From the IMG/VR virus record IMGVR_UViG_3300036546_000076, positions 1-30,321 of that record: a stretch of DNA of 30,321 nt; one strand, given 5' to 3'. Shown here in pieces: positions 1 to 8,603 of this stretch. Every line of letters begins with the position of its first letter. Positions within the stretch are counted from its first letter, which is position 1. The notes under the pieces are model-generated. The model was given only the letters and a program-made list of their open reading frames with translations. It did not search any database and was not told the DNA's origin. This DNA is from a virus (Duplodnaviria; Caudoviricetes). The translations under genes and the position numbers were made by a program.

Positions 1-240
1 CAGTAGATCATAGGCCATTTTTCCTTTAATTAATGCAAGCCCAGGCTTTACTGTTATTTTGTTGTTCAGTTCTGAAATTACCTGAAAGCAGTTTTCAACA
101 AATAATGCGATCCCATCAGTAAAGAAACCGCCACAATACATTTCAAGAAAGCTTTCATCGACCGCCCGGTCATACATTGGCATATTGTTGGTGTCTAAGC
201 CTAAAAATTCAGATTCGAATATTCCGTATTTTAATGCCAC
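1..240 (-). CDS. Phage baseplate/tail structural protein, N-terminal part (runs off the window edge)
   Basis: Not in the ORF track. GTG at 240-238 overlaps the TAG of the upstream tail gene and the frame is open to position 1: MALKYGIFESEFLGLDTNNMPMYDRAVDESFLEMYCGGFFTDGI...VKPGLALIKG. The YDR...FF.DG...V.PG.A.I.G pattern resembles siphophage baseplate proteins that follow Gp37-like genes. Confidence 0.7.
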   Translation of the reverse strand, partial: MALKYGIFESEFLGLDTNNMPMYDRAVDESFLEMYCGGFFTDGIALFVENCFQVISELNNKITVKPGLALIKGKMAYDLL

Positions 241-1304
241 TATAACACCTCCCTTTTAATTTTTTCGATTTCTGTCTTATTCTCATTTCCAAGAGTCAAG
301 ACAATTTGCATTTGATTTTTTTCGTATATCTCGGTCACTTCGGTTATGAACAAATCAACCGAAACGCCCAGGGTATCATCCTGATAGGTGACTTTATCAC
401 CAAGATCATAATCAGTTTTGTAAATCAAATTTGAATTTCCATTGACCTCAAAAGAAATGGTTTCAATGATTCTATAATCAGAAAGCTTTTCAAGACCCCT
501 AGCCTGTAAGGCTGCCAGATAATCGGCATCGGTCATATCCGTTTCTTTTCTGATATCTTTGGCATCAACCCATAATTCTTTTAAAGCTTCGCCCGGATCC
601 CTTAGATCAACGGTTGTAACAATTCTGGCATCGCCTTCACCTTCTCCAGCAATATAGGCAAAGTTCTTGTAATCAGTTGTGTTTTTGTAATAAGATGCCT
701 TCAGCACATTACCTTCATTTTCAGAGAAAACAGCAAAACTGTTTACGGTTTGGTTCTGGGTACGATCCTTGCCCTTCCAAACTTTGGGAGTGATTTTATT
801 TTGTAAATAATCATATTCTAGTTTGATGCCCATATCGTAAGTATTTGCCAGACTATAACATTTTTCCATGAGGCTATCGCCCCGTGTTTGGAGTGTTATA
901 CTGCCACCCTGATTATTATTTGTTCCAGCGGCAAGAAGGGGAATAGCACGATCGCCTGTCATTGCAAATGTTGTGATCAAAGACAAGATAACTGTTTCGA
1001 CATTACCAGTCAGATTCTGTGTGGTATTAATAACCCGATCATCTAGCTTCTTTTCAATGAAATAGCCGGATAAATTAACCTTTTTAGTCATTTCGTCAAA
1101 GTCTACAACCTGAGCAATCCCGGTTTCGTCTTTCCCATCAATCACCAGGTATTCACCGGCCATCACCAAATCAAAATATTTCGCCAGAATGATCATCTTG
1201 TAATTGCCTGGACCTTGAGTTTTGCGAGTCCACTGAATACCTGAAAAGCTTGTAATACTCCCCAGTTCCTGGAAGTTTTTATCCAGAACAATGATTTCAA
1301 GCAT
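240..1304 (-). CDS. Siphovirus ReqiPepy6 Gp37-like tail (Tal/hub-type) protein
   Basis: 354 aa with the motifs NFAYIAGEGEG, ELWVDAKD and YKTDYDLGDKVT typical of the Sipho_Gp37 family. It lies immediately after the distal tail gene. Confidence 0.8.
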   Translation of the reverse strand: MLEIIVLDKNFQELGSITSFSGIQWTRKTQGPGNYKMIILAKYFDLVMAGEYLVIDGKDETGIAQVVDFDEMTKKVNLSGYFIEKKLDDRVINTTQNLTGNVETVILSLITTFAMTGDRAIPLLAAGTNNNQGGSITLQTRGDSLMEKCYSLANTYDMGIKLEYDYLQNKITPKVWKGKDRTQNQTVNSFAVFSENEGNVLKASYYKNTTDYKNFAYIAGEGEGDARIVTTVDLRDPGEALKELWVDAKDIRKETDMTDADYLAALQARGLEKLSDYRIIETISFEVNGNSNLIYKTDYDLGDKVTYQDDTLGVSVDLFITEVTEIYEKNQMQIVLTLGNENKTEIEKIKREVL

Positions 1305-1305
1305 T

Positions 1306-2169
1306 TTACACCCCCAGGAATTCTTGTGACCATTTCAGATAAACATCAAGATTAGTGTATCCGTCATCGGCATCATATTTAAGAACCACAGCCCCCTGGT
1401 TGATCATGAAGTACCGGGAAGCTCTGTCTTTTTTATTTGAGATATTTACACCATTTAATTCAATACGAGTTTGGCCACGCTGAGTGTTGACGGTTAGAAT
1501 GTCGCCCAGCTCCATGGTAACCAGGATCCGGATAAACTCACCCGTGGTAAGATTCATAAATTTTGGATTAACCACCGTCCCACGGTTTGCGGCAAATGTT
1601 AAGACTAGACCACAGCTGTTATGGCCATTGTTGGTGAACGTCGTTTCCTGCTTAAAGATCCTCATTGAAAAGGCTACACCGCTCGTTTTTGGGATCGCAA
1701 AATTAGAAGTGAATAGGGGAAATTTACCCGCCATGTTCTCGTGGAAGTCTTCACCCCGAAAGAACGGATCCGGCGCCAATAAAACAACCAGGAACGAAAG
1801 TGGCTCATAGATGTTTTTTCGCCCATCTTTGAAACTTCGAATACTGGAATTGATCCACCGTTTCACCCCACAATAATTAGCACTTAATTTGATTGGGTGG
1901 CGGGGATTAAAGAAGCTGATAAGCTCTTGTCGCCTTAGTTCTTCCTGACCATCTAAGGCCGTGTATTCAGCCGTAAATGAGATGACACGTTCCTGGATTC
2001 GAGACCCAACGATTGAAGATCCGTCATAGGTGGCGTTATCAGAGGTTGTCACTTCAAAATCAGAGCTTTCAAGTCCTTCAACATCCAACAATTGATAGGA
2101 TTTTCCTTTTCCAATTTCAAGCGTTTTGTTGTTAGATTCCAATGTGAAAATTAATTGTTTATTATCCAA
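1306..2169 (-). CDS. Distal tail protein (Dit, Sipho_tail family)
   Basis: 287 aa directly after the tape measure gene. It carries the DGS...R.I, APDPFF and N.G...G motifs of Firmicute Dit proteins. Confidence 0.8.
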   Translation of the reverse strand: MDNKQLIFTLESNNKTLEIGKGKSYQLLDVEGLESSDFEVTTSDNATYDGSSIVGSRIQERVISFTAEYTALDGQEELRRQELISFFNPRHPIKLSANYCGVKRWINSSIRSFKDGRKNIYEPLSFLVVLLAPDPFFRGEDFHENMAGKFPLFTSNFAIPKTSGVAFSMRIFKQETTFTNNGHNSCGLVLTFAANRGTVVNPKFMNLTTGEFIRILVTMELGDILTVNTQRGQTRIELNGVNISNKKDRASRYFMINQGAVVLKYDADDGYTNLDVYLKWSQEFLGV

Positions 2170-5100
2170 ATGCGGCCTCCTTTCTCTGAATCTTCATTTC
2201 CCTGTAGGCATCTGCCAGTGTAGCAATCGGCTGATTAATATATACTGTCTGTGAATTATCTGTAGATGATGTGGACAAGGATGATCTAGAAACATTATTT
2301 AAGGCACTTAGTGACGTTGATGCTGACAAGCTGGTTGCAAGTTTTGCCGATTCCATAGCCACGGCTGCTGCCATTTTCTCCATGAGGTCGGTATTTCCAT
2401 TTAATGCAGGGTTATATTTTTTAGGAACAACCGCTTCATCTTTATGTAACATATAAGGTCCAGTTTTTGGGACCCGATTGGTACCGGTTGCCAGGCCAAA
2501 TAAAGCGCTTGGGTCAATCCACGCTCCATCTTGCATTAAACCAAAATGAAGGTGGGGACCAGTTGAATTACCGGTTGATCCTACAAGTCCAATGGTCTGC
2601 AGTTTTGTAACTAGATCTCCGACGTTGACTAACACTTCAGATAAATGGCCATACAACGACTCAAGACCATTTCCATGATCAATGATAACCGCATTACCAT
2701 AACCTCCATACCAACCAGCCTGGGTTACTGTTCCGGCTCCAGCAGCCCCAACGGGAGTTCCTTCAGGGGCGCCTATATCGATCCCCATATGGTCTGTACT
2801 TCCAATCCCACTGGTTTCATCCGGTGGACGGTAGCCAAAACCTGACGTGATTGATCCGCTGACAGGCGCGGTTAAGTCGCCCATGGAAGCGCCGCCAACG
2901 CCGATGGATTTAAAGAAATCCAAAGCGCCAGAACCAAGAAACTCAATAGCTGCCTGCATGTTGAAATTACCATTTGCAAAAGCAGATTTAATTTCGTCTA
3001 CCATGTTGTTGACGAATTTCATTACGCTGTCAGCATCGAGACCCTTAATAAGACCCTGAACGATGTTATAGCCGTAATCTTTAAAAACTGTTGATGGAGA
3101 GTGAATACCCAGGGCATTTGTGAATGTATCCTTGAGTGTTTGAACGAGCCCACCAACAGCAGTTTTTACAGCTTCGATATTGGCAGCAATACCCTCACCA
3201 ATTTTTGTGAGCATATTATATGCAATGGTATAAAGGGCATCTGGTAAATCATCAGCAATGTTGGTTATCGTTTTGACGATACCATTTTCACCGCCCCATA
3301 ACTCAGCGGCTCCACTTCGGATGCTTTCCCATTTATCGGGTAGAGTAGTTACAATTTCTTGAGCTTTATTGGTGACGTTTGTGAATATTTCACCAGCTTT
3401 TGTAGTCAGATCGTCACGAATAGCGCCCCATTTTGTTTGGGCATCATCCTTTGAAGCTTGCCATTTATCAGCAACGCTTTGAAAGGTTTCCTGAACCTTA
3501 GTGGACACGTTGGTATAAATCTCACTCCATTTAGTGGCAAGATCACTTTTAATACTAGACCATTTTTCCTGTGTATCGGTCTTAGTAGCAGACCATTTAT
3601 CTGCAACCGATTGGAATGTTTCCTGTGCTTTGGTTGAGATATTTGACTTAATTTCTTCCCATTTAGTTGCCAGGTCACCTTGGATGGCAGCCCATTTAAT
3701 TTGGGTGTCTGTCTGTGTTTCCTGCCATTTGGTAGAAATTCCCTGGGCGGTTTCGGTCAGCTTGCCAATGGTGTTATCATAGATTCCTTGCCAGGCTGTA
3801 GCGATTGAGGTTCCTATTCCACTGAATATTCCTGTGATTACACTCCATAGGAAGTTAAGAATGGATCCAATAGTATCAACAACATTCTGGACAGCTGAAC
3901 CGGCGAACTGCCAGGCGGTTGACCAGTCTCCCTGAAGGAGTGCAACAACTAACCCGATAACATTTGCAACAAATCCAATTACATTGGTTAAGACCTCATA
4001 GATCGGCGTTACAAAAGAAATGATCGCGGGGAGTGAATCCATGAATGCGGCAAACATAGCGGATAGGGCAGGGATAACCGATTCATAGAGAACCTGTACC
4101 AGATATAAAAAGACTGGTTTCAGGTTTTCCCATAGATTTTGGAAGGCTCCAAGGATCGGCTGCACCGCTTCAATGATCTGCGGCATAACCTCAATGACCT
4201 TGGTTTTTGCTTCTTCAAAGGCACCAACAGCCACCATCTTGACACGTTCGAATTCTACCCCAAACGGTTCAAGTTCAGCGGCAACGCCAGAGAAATCCAT
4301 ATTCTGGGCATTTGCAACGAGTGTTTTAAACCCTTCGCCGGCTAATTGTAAACCGGCTGTCAGTCCTTTTAAGGCATCTACGGCCAGACCTAAGACGGGA
4401 CCTCCAACGATGGCCAGAAAATCGGTCCACGCCTGGTTAACGTTTCCTAATTGGTTTTCTAATCCGTCTGACTCCCTGGCAGCTTGTCCGGTAGCACCAG
4501 CAAGGTTCTGCATGTTCTGGGCATACTCAAGACGGGTGGCCTGCTTGGTTGCTTCGTCTAGGCTAGACCATTCAGCCGTAGTACCAACTAAGCCTTTTTG
4601 GATGGCATATTGAGCCATCTGTGTATCGTTGGCGAAAAGCCCAATGGCTTCACCGCCTTCATAATTACCTTTGATAAATGACGTTAGCGCACTGTTTGCA
4701 TCAGAATAGGAAACATCATAAAACGCTGCGGCATCTGCACTGGCTGTAACCGCATCAGTTGCTTTGGCCATTGCCGTTTCAGTATCCAGCCCCAACCCCT
4801 TAAACATTGACGTCATCTGTGACATGGAAGGTTTCAGTCGGTTCGGTACCATGCCGAAATTGTCAGCCATTTTTTCAACTGCTTGTTGGGCTGCCGGTTC
4901 CAGATCTCCAAAGACCTGAGTAAACTGAGACTGAATAGCTTTAGCGGATCCAGCGGCTTCAATGGCTGATTTACCAAAAGCAATAATCGCTACGCCTGCA
5001 GCTGCTGCAGCTCCACCTACTAACGCTAATCCAGCAGAGCCTCGGCTGCCCATTTCAAATAGTGAATTACCACCAGACTTACCGACTCCATCGATGTCAT

Positions 5101-5371
5101 CTTTTAATTTTTTTGATCCACTCGCGCTGGTGTGCTCGATCTCCGACCACGCTTTTTTCATGGCTTCTGATGAATCCATTCCGGCTTTTTTGTAAATTGC
5201 CGCTAGGCTGGCTATTTGCGATCTAGAGCTTTTCCCGTTATTTTTAATCCTGTCTAGATCACTTTCAATCGCTTTTGCGCTGGCCGCACTTACCTTTTTT
5301 ATGTCGTTTAAGTCTTTGTTTATGCCACTAGTATCGACATCAGTTTCGATAATAATTTTGCCATCTGCCAA
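2162..5371 (-). CDS. Tail tape measure protein with a C-terminal M23 peptidoglycan endopeptidase domain
   Basis: 1069 aa with an MADGKIII start (TTG), an Ala-rich helical body, 11/44-aa Trp-periodic repeats and a GIHSPS motif. M23 zinc motifs HMGIDIG, YGHL and STGPHLHF lie at about 2500-2880. Confidence 0.92.
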   Translation of the reverse strand: MADGKIIIETDVDTSGINKDLNDIKKVSAASAKAIESDLDRIKNNGKSSRSQIASLAAIYKKAGMDSSEAMKKAWSEIEHTSASGSKKLKDDIDGVGKSGGNSLFEMGSRGSAGLALVGGAAAAAGVAIIAFGKSAIEAAGSAKAIQSQFTQVFGDLEPAAQQAVEKMADNFGMVPNRLKPSMSQMTSMFKGLGLDTETAMAKATDAVTASADAAAFYDVSYSDANSALTSFIKGNYEGGEAIGLFANDTQMAQYAIQKGLVGTTAEWSSLDEATKQATRLEYAQNMQNLAGATGQAARESDGLENQLGNVNQAWTDFLAIVGGPVLGLAVDALKGLTAGLQLAGEGFKTLVANAQNMDFSGVAAELEPFGVEFERVKMVAVGAFEEAKTKVIEVMPQIIEAVQPILGAFQNLWENLKPVFLYLVQVLYESVIPALSAMFAAFMDSLPAIISFVTPIYEVLTNVIGFVANVIGLVVALLQGDWSTAWQFAGSAVQNVVDTIGSILNFLWSVITGIFSGIGTSIATAWQGIYDNTIGKLTETAQGISTKWQETQTDTQIKWAAIQGDLATKWEEIKSNISTKAQETFQSVADKWSATKTDTQEKWSSIKSDLATKWSEIYTNVSTKVQETFQSVADKWQASKDDAQTKWGAIRDDLTTKAGEIFTNVTNKAQEIVTTLPDKWESIRSGAAELWGGENGIVKTITNIADDLPDALYTIAYNMLTKIGEGIAANIEAVKTAVGGLVQTLKDTFTNALGIHSPSTVFKDYGYNIVQGLIKGLDADSVMKFVNNMVDEIKSAFANGNFNMQAAIEFLGSGALDFFKSIGVGGASMGDLTAPVSGSITSGFGYRPPDETSGIGSTDHMGIDIGAPEGTPVGAAGAGTVTQAGWYGGYGNAVIIDHGNGLESLYGHLSEVLVNVGDLVTKLQTIGLVGSTGNSTGPHLHFGLMQDGAWIDPSALFGLATGTNRVPKTGPYMLHKDEAVVPKKYNPALNGNTDLMEKMAAAVAMESAKLATSLSASTSLSALNNVSRSSLSTSSTDNSQTVYINQPIATLADAYREMKIQRKEAAFG

Positions 5372-5411
5372 TGAGTTCTCACCACCTTTGTGTTGTGATT
5401 CGTCATCGGCA
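5366..5411 (-). promoter_or_regulatory. mRNA hairpin sequestering the SD and TTG start codon of the tape measure gene
   Basis: The mRNA reads UGCCGAUGA-CGAA-UCAC-AA-CAC-AAAG-GUG-GUGA-GAAC-UCAUUGGCA. The 9-bp outer stem (one G-U) contains the UUG start and the inner stems contain the SD (AAGGUGGUGA). Confidence 0.6.
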
Positions 5412-5420
5412 CCTCAGGCT

Positions 5421-5567
5421 CTACTTGACTTTTTCTATCTTAATTTCAAATTTCTTTTTACATTTACGCCCCTTACAAATGACAAAAACACCTTTGCTTT
5501 CTGAATTCTCGTCATAGGTAATGGGCATTTCATAGCCACAATGGGGGCATTTCACTTTCTTTTCAAT
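5421..5567 (-). CDS. Small zinc-ribbon protein (Mu Com-like), 48 aa
   Basis: Missed by the ORF track: (M)EKKVKCPHCGYEMPITYDENSESKGVFVICKGRKCKKKFEIKIEKVK*, with CxxC...CxxxxC. A GAGGTG SD precedes an ATT at 5567; alternative in-frame GTG starts are at 5576 and 5555. Confidence 0.75.
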   Translation of the reverse strand: MEKKVKCPHCGYEMPITYDENSESKGVFVICKGRKCKKKFEIKIEKVK

Positions 5568-5578
5568 AGGGGTCACCT

Positions 5579-6169
5579 CTAAAATAAAGCGTCTAGGCTG
5601 TTGGCAAAGTCGCTTTCCTTTTCTTCTTCCGTCCGGTAATCCGGTAACCGGTAGATCTTTTTTAATTTTCGGTAGGCTTTCTTTTGTTCTGGAGACATAT
5701 CTTTGGTGATCGGCATGGAGCGGTACCCCATCACTTTTTTAAATTCGTGATCATCTCTTAGAGCTGTCATCAGCGACCGAAAAGCCCACCAGTGAAGATA
5801 TTTGACATTCACCAGGTTAATATTGTATTGATCCAGAAACGCCGCATAAATCAGCGCCCCATCAACATCAAAGGAGTAAATGGGGCGTGGTGTTTTCTTT
5901 GACTCTGTGGCATCCTCAATGATTTTGGGATCTTCACCACAACGGTAGAACCAGAGGAACGCCTCGACTGAAAGATCAAGATTATTCCCAAAATTACCAT
6001 TAAAAAAACGCTCGACTATTGCCAGCGTATTGGATCCTTTTTCTTCAATTGTGCCTGGTCCATTTGATGCGATCTCAAACTCAATCATTAACCTGAAATC
6101 AGGATTAACTGGGTAATCCACTCCATCAATCTCAATAGACCGGGGGAGTCTTTCAGTTAATAGGTTCAT
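5579..6169 (-). CDS. Bacteriophage Gp15-family protein (tail assembly chaperone-associated)
   Basis: 196 aa with the DFR...F, D...IYAAF..QY.I.L and LHWW.F.L motifs of the A118 Gp15 family. It sits just before the tape measure gene. Confidence 0.85.
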   Translation of the reverse strand: MNLLTERLPRSIEIDGVDYPVNPDFRLMIEFEIASNGPGTIEEKGSNTLAIVERFFNGNFGNNLDLSVEAFLWFYRCGEDPKIIEDATESKKTPRPIYSFDVDGALIYAAFLDQYNINLVNVKYLHWWAFRSLMTALRDDHEFKKVMGYRSMPITKDMSPEQKKAYRKLKKIYRLPDYRTEEEKESDFANSLDALF

Positions 6170-6567
6170 TTTACCGATGTGAATTTCTTCTTAGTTGCTG
6201 GTTGCGTCTTAGGCAGATGATCCATAGGCTTCACAGGTGTCGGTTTCTTTTTCACGACTTTCAAATATTTATCCATTTGTCCGTTAATTGATTCAGGCGC
6301 TTTTTCAATTTCCGCAACAACCTGCGTGAATGCGTCCATGTGTTTTACAAGGTTCATTTTTCCTTGAAAAACTACATCAGCGGCGCCCTCACCAAATACA
6401 GAATCAAAGAAAGTATTGATAGTGATGCAAGGTTGTCGGACCATATCACCGACTCTTTCACTTTGTTCAGTTTCCATTGTCAGGTTTTCAAGCGCATCCT
6501 GAACAGAATCTAAGACATCAGCATCCATCAGATCCAGTTCTAATTCTACTCCATTAATTTCAATCAT
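6166..6567 (-). CDS. Probable tail assembly chaperone
   Basis: 133 aa (MIEINGVELELD..DAD, FFDSVFGEGA) between the major tail gene and gp15. Confidence 0.7.
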   Translation of the reverse strand: MIEINGVELELDLMDADVLDSVQDALENLTMETEQSERVGDMVRQPCITINTFFDSVFGEGAADVVFQGKMNLVKHMDAFTQVVAEIEKAPESINGQMDKYLKVVKKKPTPVKPMDHLPKTQPATKKKFTSVK

Positions 6568-6580
6568 GATTTAGTCCTCC

Positions 6581-7087
6581 TTAGGCAGCAGTGAATGTAA
6601 CAATTTTCTTATCAGCGTCCAAGGTTGCTGTCCCTTTGATCGGTGAGCCATTGCTCTTGAAATTACCACTGTAGGTGTAAGCGTCAAGAGATCCGCCCTC
6701 GCTGTCAGGAACAACGGTATAATCTCGTTTTTTTGCAGCATAGGTTGTCACCGTCTCAACAGTGGTAGAGTCAGTCAGATCCACGATAATAATTGATCGA
6801 ACAGCAGCGGAACCTAAAGTTTCATTGTCAGACAATGCGACGATATCATCATGGACGGGATTGCCTACATACTGATCGAACCCGTAAGCCATGGAAGGGC
6901 TGAACCCAGTTACATCAGTTCGCTCAGAATCTTCATCAACATATTGTCTGCTATATTCTTTTGAGTTTTTACTGATACTGGAGTCGGTAAATCCTGTCAT
7001 TCGATGGTATACAGTAGTTCCTGCACCCGCACCAGGCACGCCATAAAAGGCGACCTTATCACTTCTTTTTACTAATACTTCACTCAT
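6581..7087 (-). CDS. Major tail (tube) protein
   Basis: 168 aa, acidic and Ser/Thr-rich, beta-rich (RQYVDE...T.VTG.SP). It occupies the tube-protein position after the head-tail joining genes. Confidence 0.75.
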   Translation of the reverse strand: MSEVLVKRSDKVAFYGVPGAGAGTTVYHRMTGFTDSSISKNSKEYSRQYVDEDSERTDVTGFSPSMAYGFDQYVGNPVHDDIVALSDNETLGSAAVRSIIIVDLTDSTTVETVTTYAAKKRDYTVVPDSEGGSLDAYTYSGNFKSNGSPIKGTATLDADKKIVTFTAA

Positions 7088-7091
7088 TTAT

Positions 7092-7517
7092 TTAAGCCTC
7101 CTGCTTATATTTAAAATTGCACTGTATGACATACTGTGCTTTGTCTAATTCATTGTTGTACATATATCCCGGGGTAGTTGCCTGGATTGACAGAGGCATC
7201 TGATTTTCATTCATGACCGGCAATTCACCGGAATTTGTCCAGATCTCCAGCCATTCTGAAAAGTGTTCAAAGAATCCGATGTTATCAAGATTTTCAAGAA
7301 CATCAGAACCGTAAGGCTCACGGCTGGAAAAATTAAAAGCAAATTGTCGAATAGATCCACCGTCTGTATACCGCTTAACGATGGGATCTACCGGCACACT
7401 TTCAATCATGTAGGCCGTTGCGTCTTCTCTCAGGTAATCAACGCCAATCCCATGGTGGTATTCATCCAGGTAAGGGCAGATCTTTATGAAATCTCGAATG
7501 TATTGAATAATTGTCAT
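7092..7517 (-). CDS. Putative tail terminator / tail completion protein
   Basis: 141 aa, last of the neck genes before the major tail gene, with Y.DG...RQF.F and AQY.IQC motifs. Confidence 0.6.
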   Translation of the reverse strand: MTIIQYIRDFIKICPYLDEYHHGIGVDYLREDATAYMIESVPVDPIVKRYTDGGSIRQFAFNFSSREPYGSDVLENLDNIGFFEHFSEWLEIWTNSGELPVMNENQMPLSIQATTPGYMYNNELDKAQYVIQCNFKYKQEA

Positions 7518-7846
7518 TTCACTTTACCTCCAGCCATATTGGCCATTGATTTTACAATCTCAGACCCACGATCGGACCACATCCGCAAACACCATTGTTT
7601 CCCTCGTAAGCCTTTACCCTTATTTTCAAACCATTGTTTCCGGGCATAAGGAGTTATGTACTCAATTTTGTCAGGTTTTTCAATGGCTGTATTTTTTAAG
7701 GGGCCAGATCGAAATGGCGTATAGGAATCACTTAACCGGCGGATCTCATGGGTTAAATGTTTCTGCACGGGACCGCCCTTATTGAGCCCCCGCTTTAGCA
7801 GGATCTTTTCTGCTGAGTCCAGGTTAATGGTGACTTTAGTTGCCAT
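7514..7846 (-). CDS. Neck / 'minor capsid 2'-type tail completion protein
   Basis: 110 aa, basic, with YTP..SG.L, Y.TPYARKQ and RGKQW motifs of the A118-type Minor_capsid_2 family. Confidence 0.75.
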   Translation of the reverse strand: MATKVTINLDSAEKILLKRGLNKGGPVQKHLTHEIRRLSDSYTPFRSGPLKNTAIEKPDKIEYITPYARKQWFENKGKGLRGKQWCLRMWSDRGSEIVKSMANMAGGKVK

Positions 7847-7848
7847 GG

Positions 7849-8262
7849 TTATTTCGCTCCAATCTCCCAGTGGGGTAGGGAAGTCTCTGACAGATCAACC
7901 ACAGACAGGATAGTCAAAACATCATCAAAACTGTTGATAAGTTCCTTTGTTGATGCGGCTACTATTTCATAGTCGATGATGCCTTTGACGATGATATCCC
8001 CAGCATTCAGCGTGAAATGATCGTTTTTGTTGACAGATTTCGCCCAGGCCTTGGGTTTTAGGTATGTTTTATCCACAATCACAGTATCTTTGTTGATAAA
8101 AACCTCTGTGAAATCGGCGGTTAAGATCCCTTTATCACCGACATTTACCGCCCGGGATCCCTGCCAATTGACGCCATAAAGATATGACCGCTTATAGACG
8201 TCATAGCCTAAAATGCGGTCATAGTATTTGTTATACAGGGTGATATCAGCATTTGTTATCAT
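7849..8262 (-). CDS. Putative head closure protein
   Basis: 137 aa (MITNADITLYN...GD.IVKG...PHWEIG), second gene of the neck cluster. Confidence 0.6.
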   Translation of the reverse strand: MITNADITLYNKYYDRILGYDVYKRSYLYGVNWQGSRAVNVGDKGILTADFTEVFINKDTVIVDKTYLKPKAWAKSVNKNDHFTLNAGDIIVKGIIDYEIVAASTKELINSFDDVLTILSVVDLSETSLPHWEIGAK

Positions 8263-8600
8263 GTCAGCCCCCGATAAAGTAGCCCGGTATTAATCAACCA
8301 GGGATAAGCAGCAGCATAAAGCTTTTGATCCTGGGTTTTCCCTGATTGAACATATGACCTGGACTCTTTTCCGGAAGACTCGGAAGCGACTTCCGGCGTT
8401 TCCTGATTCTTAAACTCATCCACAACAGCACAAGTGGCCATCTTGACCGCTTCAGTTGCTTCAACAATCCGATTACTGGTGATCGTGTCCATATAGATGT
8501 TGGCCAGCAAAGACAACCGAAGGAAGTCAGACTCGCTGACTTTTTTTCCTCCATAAGTGTCTTTGTAATAGGTGTAATCAACATAGGCCATAACAGCCAC
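8259..8600 (-). CDS. Head-tail connector (adaptor) protein
   Basis: 113 aa directly after the capsid gene, with YVDY.YY...Y.G, VK.A.C and L..TGLLYRG motifs typical of this adaptor family. Confidence 0.75.
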   Translation of the reverse strand: MAVMAYVDYTYYKDTYGGKKVSESDFLRLSLLANIYMDTITSNRIVEATEAVKMATCAVVDEFKNQETPEVASESSGKESRSYVQSGKTQDQKLYAAAYPWLINTGLLYRGLT

Positions 8601-8603
8601 CTA

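Noticed and set aside
6166-6260. Programmed -1 frameshift joining the tail chaperone to gp15
   Set aside because: The -1 frame has a TAA eight codons before the gp15 ATG and I see no X XXY YYZ slippery heptamer in the remaining interval. An ATGA overlap explains the coupling.
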